Assembly: GCA_963933835.1 (NCBI GenBank)
Contig: CAWVVV010000002.1
Coordinates: 160,001 to 224,000, forward strand
DNA length: 64,000 bases
Reading direction: 5' to 3'
Source: an uncultured Puniceicoccaceae bacterium
GTDB lineage: Bacteria > Verrucomicrobiota > Verrucomicrobiia > Opitutales > Oceanipulchritudinaceae
Below the pieces are notes generated by a model, which ran no database searches, was not told the origin of the DNA, and saw only the letters and a program-made list of their open reading frames with translations. Both the position numbers and the translations under genes were made by a program. Shown one piece after another: positions 54,938-64,000 of this stretch (the first letter of the stretch is position 1; each line of letters starts with the position of its first letter).

Positions 54938-55711
54938 TCAACGCTCCCAAAGTTTCCACCACTCAACCCACGTTGAGACATTGTTTTTAGTCACTAAAAG
55001 TGGACTCACTTGAAAAACCGGTGTGCTCGAAGGATTCACTTTCTCGACGCGTAAAAGCTGATCTATGACCCAGCGTCCTGCCTCGGCGAAATGGGGAACG
55101 ACGAGGACATCCGCTCGCCCATCGGCGAGGGAAGAAAGCGCAAAGCTATCCATCGCGAGCGCGACTTTAGGCAAGTTGCGAGACACTGAAGGAAAGCCGC
55201 CAGACTGACGAACTAGCCGCAGCTCGGGCGTCACTACCGAAGCCAAGCGATGGCGCACCAATCCCGGCGTATTCGCTTCCGCCCATGACCACGCTCCGGT
55301 GGACGGCCAAATCGGATGCGCCTCTAATACATCCATCCACGGGCGTGTGAATGTGTCTCCGGAATTCCCACCCGTGGTCTCAAAGTAAAGCAATGTGCCC
55401 GACTTTCGCGGACTTAAATCCACTGCCATGATATGAATCGCCGAGCTCAGCGCCACACGGTCGACTTCAACATGACCGACAGACTCGCCCGGGGGCAATG
55501 GACGCTCGACCGTATAGACGGGGACCTCATCCACTATCCAAGCCAGACGCGACTCCGCCGAGGCCTCGGCTAAGCCGCGCTTGAAGAACTGCCAATGCGG
55601 GCTTTCCCGCGAAGGCCCTAGAAGTCCTACCCGCAAATCCTCTGCCTCTAACATCTCCCCATGGACCCCCAGCGCGAGGCCTAGAAACAAGATGCAGCGA
55701 GAAAATTTCAT
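54938..55711 (-). CDS. Hypothetical exported protein, possibly a degenerate periplasmic-binding fold
   Basis: Signal peptide; PHWQFFKRGL and C-terminal LVTKNNV resemble class I sugar-binding proteins. Confidence 0.55.
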   Translation of the reverse strand: MKFSRCILFLGLALGVHGEMLEAEDLRVGLLGPSRESPHWQFFKRGLAEASAESRLAWIVDEVPVYTVERPLPPGESVGHVEVDRVALSSAIHIMAVDLSPRKSGTLLYFETTGGNSGDTFTRPWMDVLEAHPIWPSTGAWSWAEANTPGLVRHRLASVVTPELRLVRQSGGFPSVSRNLPKVALAMDSFALSSLADGRADVLVVPHFAEAGRWVIDQLLRVEKVNPSSTPVFQVSPLLVTKNNVSTWVEWWKLWER

Positions 55712-55765
55712 CCCCGTAGAGAAGACGTTGCACCCCGCCTAAGCAACCCGCTAGCGTCCCCCACG

Positions 55766-57130
55766 ATGGATCCTTCCTTGGCCCTTTTTCTCGGACTGCT
55801 CGGTGGCGCACTGAGCGTCGCCCTTTACTTTTTCGCGCGCAGCTCTCGAACCGCCGCCGAAACCAGCCGCCTGACGACTGAGCGCGATCAAGCCCTCGAA
55901 GCCAAAGCTGAGGCCCAAGCCCAAATCGATAGCCTCCGAGTCGAGCTCTCCAGTGCTCAAACCGAGAACGCCAAATTTACTGCTCAGCTCGAAGAGCGCG
56001 AAGTCGCTCATCAAGCGCAACTCACCGAGCTGAAGAACCTGCGCGAAAACCTTCAGGACACCTTTCGATCGCTCAGTTCAAAAGCGCTCCAGTCGAACAA
56101 TGAGCAATTCCTCAGTCTCGCTGAGGAGAAACTCGGCAAATTCCAGAAGGGAGCCCAAGGCGATCTCGCCAAGCGGCAGGAAGCGATCAACACCCTCGTC
56201 AAACCGCTCGCTGAGTCGCTCAAAACAATCGATGGTAAGATCGGAGACATTGAGAAGGCCCGGACGGGTGCTTATGCTAGCCTGAAAGAGCAGATTCATA
56301 GCCTCGGCCAAACTCAGACTCAGCTCCAAACTGAAACAGCAAATCTCGTCAAAGCACTCCGCACTCCGAACGTCCGCGGCCAGTGGGGTGAAGTCCAACT
56401 CAAGCGCACGGTCGAATTTGCTGGGATGGTCGATCACGTTGATTTCGTGGAACAGGAAAATGCCACGACGGATGAAGGGCGCCTTCGCCCCGACCTGATT
56501 GTCCGGCTCCCCAACGGTGGCCAAGTCATTGTCGATGCGAAGACGCCACTCGATGGTTATCTCAAGGCGCTCGAAGCGCCCGATCCCGAAACTCGCAAAA
56601 AGGAGCTCACCCGTCACGCCCGCCAGATTCGCGACCACATCAAAAAGCTCGGGAGCAAAAATTATTGGAAGGAGTTCGAGCCCACACCTGAGTTCGTTGT
56701 TCTCTTCATTCCTGGCGAGGCCTTCTTTAGCGCTGCCCTCGAGGAGGACCCTTCGCTCATCGAAATGGGCACCGCGGACAACGTCATCCTCGCCACCCCA
56801 ACAACCCTCATCGCTCTTCTCAAGGCGGTCGCATTTGGTTGGCGGCAGGAGCAAATTGCCGAGCAGGCGCAAGCGATCAGTGACCTTGGAAAAGACCTCT
56901 ACGAACGCATCGTCACGCTCGGCGGCCATTTTGATAAGATGGGCAACACCCTCGGCAAGAGCGTCGACCACTACAACGCGGCGATGCGCTCGCTCGACAC
57001 TCGGGTGCTCGTCACTGCGAGAAAATTCATCGACCTCGCCCCGCTCTCAAGCAAAGAGTTGCCCACTTTAAAACCCATCGAGCAAAACCCAAACACAAGC
57101 TCCTTGCCTAAGTTGGAAGAAGATTCCTAG
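55766..57130 (+). CDS. rmuC: DNA recombination protein RmuC
   Basis: N-terminal TM + coiled coil; RGQWGEVQL, RPDLIVRLP, VDAKTP, FVVLFIPGE, ATPTTLIALL. Confidence 0.94.
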   Translation: MDPSLALFLGLLGGALSVALYFFARSSRTAAETSRLTTERDQALEAKAEAQAQIDSLRVELSSAQTENAKFTAQLEEREVAHQAQLTELKNLRENLQDTFRSLSSKALQSNNEQFLSLAEEKLGKFQKGAQGDLAKRQEAINTLVKPLAESLKTIDGKIGDIEKARTGAYASLKEQIHSLGQTQTQLQTETANLVKALRTPNVRGQWGEVQLKRTVEFAGMVDHVDFVEQENATTDEGRLRPDLIVRLPNGGQVIVDAKTPLDGYLKALEAPDPETRKKELTRHARQIRDHIKKLGSKNYWKEFEPTPEFVVLFIPGEAFFSAALEEDPSLIEMGTADNVILATPTTLIALLKAVAFGWRQEQIAEQAQAISDLGKDLYERIVTLGGHFDKMGNTLGKSVDHYNAAMRSLDTRVLVTARKFIDLAPLSSKELPTLKPIEQNPNTSSLPKLEEDS

Positions 57131-57147
57131 GGCAGTCGCATCAAATC

Positions 57148-57161
57148 TGACCGAACGGTCA
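57148..57161. promoter_or_regulatory. Palindrome TGACCG-N2-CGGTCA upstream of the Moco operon (operator or hairpin)
   Basis: Perfect 6-bp arms inside a longer imperfect hairpin at 57132-57170. Confidence 0.35.
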
Positions 57162-57293
57162 AATTGCTGCAACTTTAAGAACAGGCTCTATTAGATCCGA
57201 CTGAACTGAACGATCAGTCAAATCCGAGCCAATTCCAGACTTTGCACCCACTTTCCCTTGCCCTTCACCGGAGAGTGAATTGCCTTCAAAGCT

Positions 57294-57833
57294 ATGTCAC
57301 ACGGGGCCACGCCGCCAGATCCATCCAACGCCGAAATTCTCGCCATCTGGATTTCTCCGGGGCATGATTTTGCCGGCCGACATGGGCAAGAAAGGCTCGA
57401 AAATGGCATCGTAGCTTGCGACCAGATCGAGTGCGTCGCGGGGAGTGGACTGCGCGGGGATCGCTATTTCGATCATAAGGAAGACTATAAGGGGCAGCTC
57501 ACCCTCATCGCCAAAGAAGTCATCGACGACGTGTGCCAAGCGATCGACCAGCTCGAGGCGGATCCGGCTGCCTTCCGCCGCAATATCCTCACCCAAGGCC
57601 TCGATCTTAACGCGCTCATCGGCCAGCGCTTTCGCCTCGGCGAGGTCGAGCTCAGTGGGAGTGAAGAATGCAAACCGTGCCACTGGATGGACACCGCCAT
57701 CGGGCCCGGCGCCCACGCATCGCTCAAGGACAGAGGCGGCCTGCGCTGTCGCATCATCCGTAGCGGCCTTCTGAATACAGGTGGATGCAACTTTGAGGTC
57801 CTCGGACCGATCTTGACCCCAAACCCGCAATGA
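57294..57833 (+). CDS. MOSC domain protein
   Basis: GLRGDRY, FRRNILTQG..LN.LIG..F, ECKPCHWM, RGGLRCRI. Confidence 0.88.
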   Translation: MSHGATPPDPSNAEILAIWISPGHDFAGRHGQERLENGIVACDQIECVAGSGLRGDRYFDHKEDYKGQLTLIAKEVIDDVCQAIDQLEADPAAFRRNILTQGLDLNALIGQRFRLGEVELSGSEECKPCHWMDTAIGPGAHASLKDRGGLRCRIIRSGLLNTGGCNFEVLGPILTPNPQ

Positions 57834-59041
57834 AGAACCCACCGCTATCCGTCCCTGCGGTCGACGAGCTCCTCACTCAGGCCGTCGTGCCAGCTCCGGT
57901 TCACAGTGTTCCGATTGAGAAGGCGGCACGGCGCATCCTTCAGCAGCCCGTCGTGGCCGACCGCTCCCTCCCGCCCTTTGATCGCGTCATGATGGACGGC
58001 TTTGCAGTGGCATGGTCGGAGGGCCTTTCGAACACATCTGAATTCAAGATTACCAGCCGACAACTCGCCGGCGAGAAACCACACACGCTCCAAAAGAGCC
58101 AGCCAGAGACCGCGATCGAAATCATGACCGGTGCCGCTCTACCATTGAACGCCGACACCGTCATTCCGTACGAGGAAACCGACTACATGAAAGGGGGGAA
58201 GACGTTCAGGATCAAGGATGTGAAGGACATCGATCCTAAACAATACATCCACTCCGCCGGACTCGACTGCACTGCTGGTGACATTTTGATCCAGAAGGGC
58301 ACGCGCCTCGGTCCCGCCGAAATTGGCGTCGCGGCCTCATGCGGCTGTGCCGAGCTGAGGGTCAACCAACTCCCTCGCATCGCCGTCATCGGCACAGGCG
58401 ATGAGCTCGTTCCAATCAACGAGACACCGTTGCCTCACCAAATTCGGCGCTCCAATGCGGCTGCGCTAGAAAACGCGCTTTCTTCCGCTGGATTTCCCGC
58501 ACGCACGCTTGTCCATTTTTCTGATGACGCCGAGGCTGAGACGTCGCGTCTCAAGGAAATCGTTGAAACCCACGACATCGTTGTCATCAGCGGGGCCGTC
58601 TCCCGCGGGACAGCGGACTGGATCGCACCCGCCCTCGATGCGCTCGGCGACTGCATCTTTCACGGCGTCGCACAACGCCCTGGCAAACCAATGGGCGTCT
58701 GGAAAACCGACCGCGATACGGTTGCTTTTGGCCTGCCCGGGAATCCGGTCTCGGCCCTCGTTGGCCACAATCGCCACGTCATTCCTTTTCTGCGCCGATG
58801 CGCTGGAGAGGAACCCATTGTCCAACGGATCACTCTCAGCAAGCACGTCGAAGTTTCAACGCGCCTGACCGTTTTCCTTCCCATCCACATTATTGAAGAC
58901 GGCCGCGCCTTGCCGCGGGCTACGAAGAATTCTGGCGACTTTGCCGGCCTCGTCGGGAGTGACGGTTTTGTCGAACTCGCCGCCGATCGCACCTGCTGGA
59001 CCCCCGGCGAAACCGTTCCTTACTACCCATGGATAAAGTAA
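57830..59041 (+). CDS. moeA: Molybdopterin molybdotransferase
   Basis: PPFDRVMMDGFA, IMTGA, TGDEL, SGAVSRG, QRPGKP, LPGNPVS. Confidence 0.94.
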   Translation: MKNPPLSVPAVDELLTQAVVPAPVHSVPIEKAARRILQQPVVADRSLPPFDRVMMDGFAVAWSEGLSNTSEFKITSRQLAGEKPHTLQKSQPETAIEIMTGAALPLNADTVIPYEETDYMKGGKTFRIKDVKDIDPKQYIHSAGLDCTAGDILIQKGTRLGPAEIGVAASCGCAELRVNQLPRIAVIGTGDELVPINETPLPHQIRRSNAAALENALSSAGFPARTLVHFSDDAEAETSRLKEIVETHDIVVISGAVSRGTADWIAPALDALGDCIFHGVAQRPGKPMGVWKTDRDTVAFGLPGNPVSALVGHNRHVIPFLRRCAGEEPIVQRITLSKHVEVSTRLTVFLPIHIIEDGRALPRATKNSGDFAGLVGSDGFVELAADRTCWTPGETVPYYPWIK

Positions 59042-59523
59042 CTCCCGCGCTCACTCACCTCGACGACGAAGCCCAACCCACCATGGTCGATGTTTCGGGG
59101 AAACTAGTGACCACACGCACGGCGACCGCCGAGGCCCGCATCACCTTTCCCGCCGACGCTTGGGAGCACCTCGTGGCCAATGGCTTCACGACCAAGAAGG
59201 GGGCGATCAAGACGGTCGCGATTGTGGCCGGCACGCAGGCGGTGAAACGTACCGCAGACTGGATACCATTCTGTCATCCGCTTCCCATCGACAGCTGTAA
59301 ATTTGAGATTCAGCCCATTCAGGCAGACCGTTCCCTACACATCACCTGCACCGTGAAAACGGCCCACCGCACCGGAGTGGAAATGGAAGCCCTCACGGGA
59401 GCAACCGCAGCTGCCCTCACCCTCTACGACATGACCAAGGCACTGTCCCACGCCATTGTCATCGAAAAGGTCCAGCTCCTTGCCAAATCTGGCGGCAAGC
59501 GTGACTTCTCAGTAGAAGTATGA
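59029..59523 (+). CDS. moaC: Cyclic pyranopterin monophosphate synthase
   Basis: LTHLD, MVDVSGK, IPFCHPL, TGVEMEAL, YDMTKA, KSGG. Confidence 0.96.
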   Translation: MDKVTPALTHLDDEAQPTMVDVSGKLVTTRTATAEARITFPADAWEHLVANGFTTKKGAIKTVAIVAGTQAVKRTADWIPFCHPLPIDSCKFEIQPIQADRSLHITCTVKTAHRTGVEMEALTGATAAALTLYDMTKALSHAIVIEKVQLLAKSGGKRDFSVEV

Positions 59524-60152
59524 CGCTACCGGATACAAACGCCTCCCCTATTTACGGCCTCATCCTCGCCGGAGGCCACAGCCGACGCATGGGCAAAGAC
59601 AAGGCTGAGTTGAGCTATCAGCCCGACGGCCTGCCCCAATGGCTCGCGACCACTGGGCTTCTTTCTCCGCTCGTCGAGAAGACCTATATCTCCGTCCGGT
59701 CAGACCAAACTTTGCGCGGAGCAGATGCCCTCGCACTCGGCCAGCTCCTCCCTGATGTAGCCGATAGCCAAGGGCCACTCTCTGGCATCCTCACGGCCAT
59801 GAGTCTTCATCCAGATGCTGCCTGGCTCGTCGTGGCCTGCGACCTTCCGCTCCTCACAGGCACTGTCATAGAATTTCTCTTACGGCACCGAGGCATCGCT
59901 AGCGCCCTCGCCTACCGCAGCAACTTTGATAGTCTCCCTGAGCCGCTTTGCACGCTCTACGAGCCCGCGATGAAACCCGTTTTTGAGCGTTACCTCGCCG
60001 CTGACATGCGTTGCCCTCGAAAGGTCCTGATCAAGGAAGCAGACCACGTCCAACTGCTCGACCTCCCCCAAGCCGACGCGCTGGATAACGCCAACACCCC
60101 CGAAGACTTTGAGCGCCTCAGCGCCCGCGTGAAGGAGCTAGTTTCTAAATGA
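59520..60152 (+). CDS. mobA: Molybdenum cofactor guanylyltransferase
   Basis: LAGGHSRRMGKDKA, GPLSGI, VACDLP, EPL..LY, NANTPED. Confidence 0.9.
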   Translation: MTLPDTNASPIYGLILAGGHSRRMGKDKAELSYQPDGLPQWLATTGLLSPLVEKTYISVRSDQTLRGADALALGQLLPDVADSQGPLSGILTAMSLHPDAAWLVVACDLPLLTGTVIEFLLRHRGIASALAYRSNFDSLPEPLCTLYEPAMKPVFERYLAADMRCPRKVLIKEADHVQLLDLPQADALDNANTPEDFERLSARVKELVSK

Positions 60153-60388
60153 ACGTAACCGTCCTCTATTTTGGTAGCTTGCGCGAACAGCGTGGCCTCG
60201 CTGAAGAGCGCATCCACACGACCGCAACAAATGTCAGCGAACTCTTCACTGAGTTGAGCGAAAACCACCGCTTCTCCTTCCAGCTCGACCAACTCCGCGC
60301 CGCGCTCAACGAAGACTTTTGCACTCCTGAAACCCGCCTTTCCGAAAACGACACCATCGCCCTCATGCCTCCTATGGCGGGTGGGTAA
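60149..60388 (+). CDS. moaD: Molybdopterin synthase sulfur carrier
   Basis: VLYFGSLRE, C-terminal PPMAGG. Confidence 0.93.
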   Translation: MNVTVLYFGSLREQRGLAEERIHTTATNVSELFTELSENHRFSFQLDQLRAALNEDFCTPETRLSENDTIALMPPMAGG

Positions 60389-60397
60389 AACCCAATT

Positions 60398-60527
60398 TTT
60401 GAACAGGAGGCGCAGAGCACACAGAGTATCGAAGCACACCAACTTTTTATCCTGCGTATCCTGCCCATCCATGTAAAATAGTGCCAAATCTTTCAGTTCT
60501 CTGTTTCCTCCGTGTCTCCTGTTCAAA
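60398..60527. repeat. 8/9-mer periodic inverted repeat (empty), with an internal ATCCTG tandem arm
   Basis: tttgaacaggag gcgcagag cacacagag (60398-60426) versus ctctgtttc ctccgtgt ctcctgttcaaa (60499-60527), 24/29; atcctgcgt atcctgccc atccatgt at 60449-60474. Confidence 0.85.
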
Positions 60528-60544
60528 TCTTTAGCAGTATAAAG

Positions 60545-60579
60545 CCATTCATCACTCAAAATTCATCATTCATCATTTC
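60545..60579. repeat. Heptamer repeat, right arm only
   Basis: ccattca tcactca aaattca tcattca tcatttc, directly before the moaE ATG. Confidence 0.85.
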
Positions 60580-60583
60580 CCGA

Positions 60584-61045
60584 ATGCCTCGCTTCCAACT
60601 CAGTAACGATAAATTGGATACAGCGGCCCTCCGCGAGGAGCTGCTTCGCCTCGACGCGGGCGGCTTCGTCGCTTTCGAAGGCTGGGTGCGCAATCACCAC
60701 CTCGGCCGCGATGTGACATCTCTTACATACGAAGCCTACGCTCCCCTCGCTTTCAAGGAAGGTGAACGCATCCTCGAAGAAGCGCTCGATAAATGGGACA
60801 TCCTCGATGCGCGGGCTATTCATCGCGTTGGACCCCTTCAGCCTGGAGAGCTCGCTGTCTGGGTTGGTGTCTGCGCCGCTCACCGCGGTGATGCCTTCGA
60901 AGCCTCGCGCTGGCTCATTGATGCAATCAAGGCCCGCGTCCCAATCTGGAAACACGAGTTCTATACGGATGGCACAGATGAGTGGGTTGACCCCACCGCC
61001 TGCCACTGCGCTAAGCACCCCCATCCTCACCATCACGCACATTGA
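60584..61045 (+). CDS. moaE: Molybdopterin synthase catalytic subunit
   Basis: GGFVAFEGWVR, YEAY, HRVG.L, AAHR, IKARVPIWKHE; His-rich tail. Confidence 0.94.
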   Translation: MPRFQLSNDKLDTAALREELLRLDAGGFVAFEGWVRNHHLGRDVTSLTYEAYAPLAFKEGERILEEALDKWDILDARAIHRVGPLQPGELAVWVGVCAAHRGDAFEASRWLIDAIKARVPIWKHEFYTDGTDEWVDPTACHCAKHPHPHHHAH

Positions 61046-62049
61046 AACCGCTCGATCAGTTTAAGCGACCTTTGCGCGACCTCCGCATCTCCGTCACCGA
61101 CCGCTGCAACCTGCGCTGCCAGTACTGCATGCCCGCCGAAATCTTCGGGGAAGGCTTTAAGTTTCTCCCCCGCGACGAAGTCCTCAGCTTCGAGGAAATC
61201 GCCCGCCTCACGGGTGCCTTTGGCGAGCTAGGCGTCGATAAAGTCCGCATCACCGGAGGCGAACCCCTCCTACACCGCGACATCGTTGAGCTCGTCAGCC
61301 AAATCCGGGCCTCCCTTCCTGAAGCCGATCTCGCGATGACGACAAACGGGCTTCGCCTCGAGCCTCTCATCCCGGCGCTCAAGAACGCTGGCCTCGACCG
61401 ACTCAATATCAGCCTCGACGCGCTTGACCCTGACGTCGCTCGGGAGATGGCAGGCACCAACGTAAACCCCGCAGCGGTTTTTCAAGCTGCCCTCGCCGCC
61501 CAAGACGCAGGCTTCCCGGTCAAAATCAACAGTGTCATTCGGCGAGGGGTTAACGAATCACAAATTCTCCCTCTCGCTCAGGCAGCCCGCGACGCCGGAC
61601 TCACTCTGCGTTACATCGAGTTCATGGACGTCGGGACCAAGAATGCATGGGCCCTAGAAGAGGTCGTCCCAAGTAGTGAAATCCTCACTGCTCTTTCACC
61701 TCACTTTGACCTCAAGCCGATCGATCCGAACTACTGCGGCGAAGTCGCAAAACGCTATCGAGACCAAAAGAGCGGTGCTGAGCTTGGCTTCATAACTTCA
61801 ATTTCGACACCCTTCTGTGGGTCCTGTAACCGTGCGCGCATCTCTGCCGACGGCACTCTTTACACCTGCCTCTTTGCTCACCAAGGAATCAACCTCAAGA
61901 GCTGGCTTCGTGATGAAAACCTCTCCGAAAGTCAGCTCCAAGAGCGTCTCTGCAAGGTTTGGCAAAAGCGCAAAGACCGCTACTCCGAGGAACGCACCGC
62001 CGAAACCCCCATGACCACCAAGCCCGAGATGTGGGCCATTGGAGGCTAA
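61042..62049 (+). CDS. moaA: GTP 3',8-cyclase
   Basis: LRISVTDRCNLRCQYCMP, TGGEPLL, RYIEFM, FCGSCNRAR..G.LYTCL, C-terminal IGG. Confidence 0.96.
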   Translation: MKPLDQFKRPLRDLRISVTDRCNLRCQYCMPAEIFGEGFKFLPRDEVLSFEEIARLTGAFGELGVDKVRITGGEPLLHRDIVELVSQIRASLPEADLAMTTNGLRLEPLIPALKNAGLDRLNISLDALDPDVAREMAGTNVNPAAVFQAALAAQDAGFPVKINSVIRRGVNESQILPLAQAARDAGLTLRYIEFMDVGTKNAWALEEVVPSSEILTALSPHFDLKPIDPNYCGEVAKRYRDQKSGAELGFITSISTPFCGSCNRARISADGTLYTCLFAHQGINLKSWLRDENLSESQLQERLCKVWQKRKDRYSEERTAETPMTTKPEMWAIGG

Positions 62050-62180
62050 ACGGGAGGCGCCTTGATCTCATCTTCAAGCCGTGCCTCTCGATTCTGACTT
62101 GTCCGCTATAGGTGGGTCTCGCACACTGCTCCACAATCCCAACCCATGGGCAGCTCGCCATGTCCAAACATCCCTATTCT

Positions 62181-63494
62181 ATGTTCAAAAAACTCACTTT
62201 TGCACTGCTTTCAATCGCGATCCTGACAAGCGCGCTGCATGGCCAAACACCTGAAGAGGTCGTTGAAGCCGTTACTGAAACCGCCGCCAGCATCGAAGTC
62301 GAAGTCTCCAATCTCGATTCGGGCGACACCGCCTGGATGTTGATGTCCACAGCCCTGGTCCTCTTCATGATGATCCCTGGCCTCGCACTTTTCTACGGTG
62401 GCCTCGTCAACAAGCGCAATGTGCTCTCCGTCCTGATGCACTGTTTCGCGCTCACCGCGCTCCTCAGCATCGTCTGGCTGATCATCGGCTACACGCTCGC
62501 ATTCTCCGGCCATGGCAAGTGGCTCGGAGATCTGGGCGCACTCTTCCACAAGGGCGTTGAAGGCGGAGACGGTATCCCGAATATCCTCTTTTCTGCCTTC
62601 CAGATGACCTTCTTTGTCATCACCCCCGGACTCATCGTCGGCACCTTTGTTGAGCGGGTTAAGTTCAACGCAGTCCTTATTTTTAGCGTTCTTTGGGCGC
62701 TCGTTGTTTACGCACCCATCTGCCACATGACCTGGTCTCCAGGCGGATGGTTCTACGAAATGGGCGTCGTCGACCTCGCTGGCGGCATCGTCGTTCACAT
62801 CACGGCGGGTGTTGCCGCGCTGGTCTTCTGTATCATGCTTGGCGCACGTAAGGATCCAAGACCTCCGCACAATCTGCCAATGACAGTGATCGGCGCTGCG
62901 ATGCTCTGGGTAGGCTGGTTCGGCTTCAACGCCGGCTCGCAAGGCGGAGCCAATGAGGCAGCCGCATTGACACTTTTCGTGACGCACATATCTGCCTCGG
63001 CCGGTGCCCTTACTTGGATGTTTATCGAGTGGAAAACGATTGGTAAGCCAAGCATCCTTGGCATCGCCACTGGATCGATTGCAGGTCTGGCCGCGATCAC
63101 ACCGGCATCTGGCGTCGCTGGTCCACTCGGAGCACTCCTCATTGGCACCGTCTCCGGCGCACTCTGCTGGTATGCTTCGGTCAAACTGAAGAACCGCTTC
63201 AAATACGATGACTCCCTCGACGTTGTCGGTGTTCACGGTGTCGGCGGCCTCGTTGGAACGCTGCTCGCCGCTTTAGTAGGGATCGAAGCGATGGGCGGCG
63301 GCGGTGGCTTCACCTTCGGTGAGCAAATCGTCAAGCAGGCTATCGGAGCAGGTGTCACCACCGTTTACACCCTCGTCGCGACCATCGCTCTGCTCTACCT
63401 GACCAAGCTACTCTGCGGCGGTCTCCGAGTCAGCGAGCGCGAAGAAATCGACGGCCTCGACCAGTCGGACCACGGCGAGACGGCTTACAACTAA
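62181..63494 (+). CDS. amtB: Ammonium transporter
   Basis: GDTAW, PGLALFYGG, FQMTF, DLAGGIVVH, WFGFNAGS, DDSLDVVGVHG; start could be 62160. Confidence 0.95.
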   Translation: MFKKLTFALLSIAILTSALHGQTPEEVVEAVTETAASIEVEVSNLDSGDTAWMLMSTALVLFMMIPGLALFYGGLVNKRNVLSVLMHCFALTALLSIVWLIIGYTLAFSGHGKWLGDLGALFHKGVEGGDGIPNILFSAFQMTFFVITPGLIVGTFVERVKFNAVLIFSVLWALVVYAPICHMTWSPGGWFYEMGVVDLAGGIVVHITAGVAALVFCIMLGARKDPRPPHNLPMTVIGAAMLWVGWFGFNAGSQGGANEAAALTLFVTHISASAGALTWMFIEWKTIGKPSILGIATGSIAGLAAITPASGVAGPLGALLIGTVSGALCWYASVKLKNRFKYDDSLDVVGVHGVGGLVGTLLAALVGIEAMGGGGGFTFGEQIVKQAIGAGVTTVYTLVATIALLYLTKLLCGGLRVSEREEIDGLDQSDHGETAYN

Positions 63495-63519
63495 GCTCGC
63501 CTCAAATTTTGAAGAGCTC

Positions 63520-63562
63520 ATTCCCCGATCGGATCTATGTCCGGTCGGGGAATTCTTTTTTT
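63520..63562 (+). terminator. Rho-independent terminator after amtB
   Basis: attccccgatcgga tctatg tccggtcggggaat followed by T7. Confidence 0.85.
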
Positions 63563-63591
63563 AGGCTAGCGGCATCCGCTGTCTTCATCCG

Positions 63592-63999
63592 TCACACATG
63601 ACAACAGGTGCTGTGCTTAAAAATTGACGTCTGCTTGAAAAATGAAGCGGGTGCGGTCCGTTGGACCATGGGTATCGCCATGCGTGTGAGGCCAGCGACA
63701 TTGTGGACGCCGAGCTTTTGCATGATGTGGGTGCGATGGACGTCGGCTGTTCGAGCACTGATTCCAAGGCGGGCTGCCATCTCCTTTGTCGTGTTTCCTT
63801 CAGCGATGAGCTGGAGGATTTCACGCTCGCGAGAAGTGAGTGCCTCGACCGAAAGATCCGTTTCTTGGACCGATAACATTTCTGGCATGCGTTGGATGAT
63901 CGAAGGGCTGTAGTAAGTTCCACCGCTGGCTACGATCTTCAGCGCCTTTTCCATTTCAGAAAGACCCGCTGCCTTTTCCATGATGCCCTCAGCCTTCGT
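63592..63999 (-). CDS. NarL/LuxR-family response regulator (partial, runs off the right edge)
   Basis: VASGGTYYSP, LTSREREILQLIAEGNTTKEMAARLGIS.RT..VHR..IM.KL. Confidence 0.88.
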   Translation of the reverse strand, partial: TKAEGIMEKAAGLSEMEKALKIVASGGTYYSPSIIQRMPEMLSVQETDLSVEALTSREREILQLIAEGNTTKEMAARLGISARTADVHRTHIMQKLGVHNVAGLTRMAIPMVQRTAPASFFKQTSIFKHSTCCHV

Positions 64000-64000
64000 C

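Overview
A mostly housekeeping, GC-rich bacterial chromosome segment with about 50 CDS. The gene set and protein style suggest Verrucomicrobiota (Opitutales-like); this is inference. Recognisable genes include miaB, gmk, a SMUG1-type UDG, phoD, a MATE pump, glycerate kinase, namZ, an Fpg/Nei glycosylase, holA, rodZ, uvrC, cinA, a split metH, an nfeD-nfeD-floA operon, queG, gyrB-gyrA, a DEAD-box helicase, gluQ, a C-terminal protease, rpmB, purB, metX-metW, rmuC, a molybdenum-cofactor operon and amtB. I found no rRNA, tRNA, CRISPR array, transposase or phage gene. The most notable non-obvious signals are: (1) short 7-9-mer periodic inverted repeats sitting at gene junctions inside operons, one pair flanking a GxxExxY PD-(D/E)XK nuclease-like gene, the others empty, one of them at the metH fission point; (2) a four-copy REP-doublet (REPIN-like) family with a compensatory stem change; (3) a secreted Cys-rich metallothionein-like repeat protein whose repeats continue through in-frame TGA codons; (4) tandem paralogs each carrying about three TonB-C-like modules; (5) repeated loss of structural metal-binding Cys motifs; (6) many decayed accessory genes among intact core genes. 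All calls come from motif recognition by eye, without database searches.
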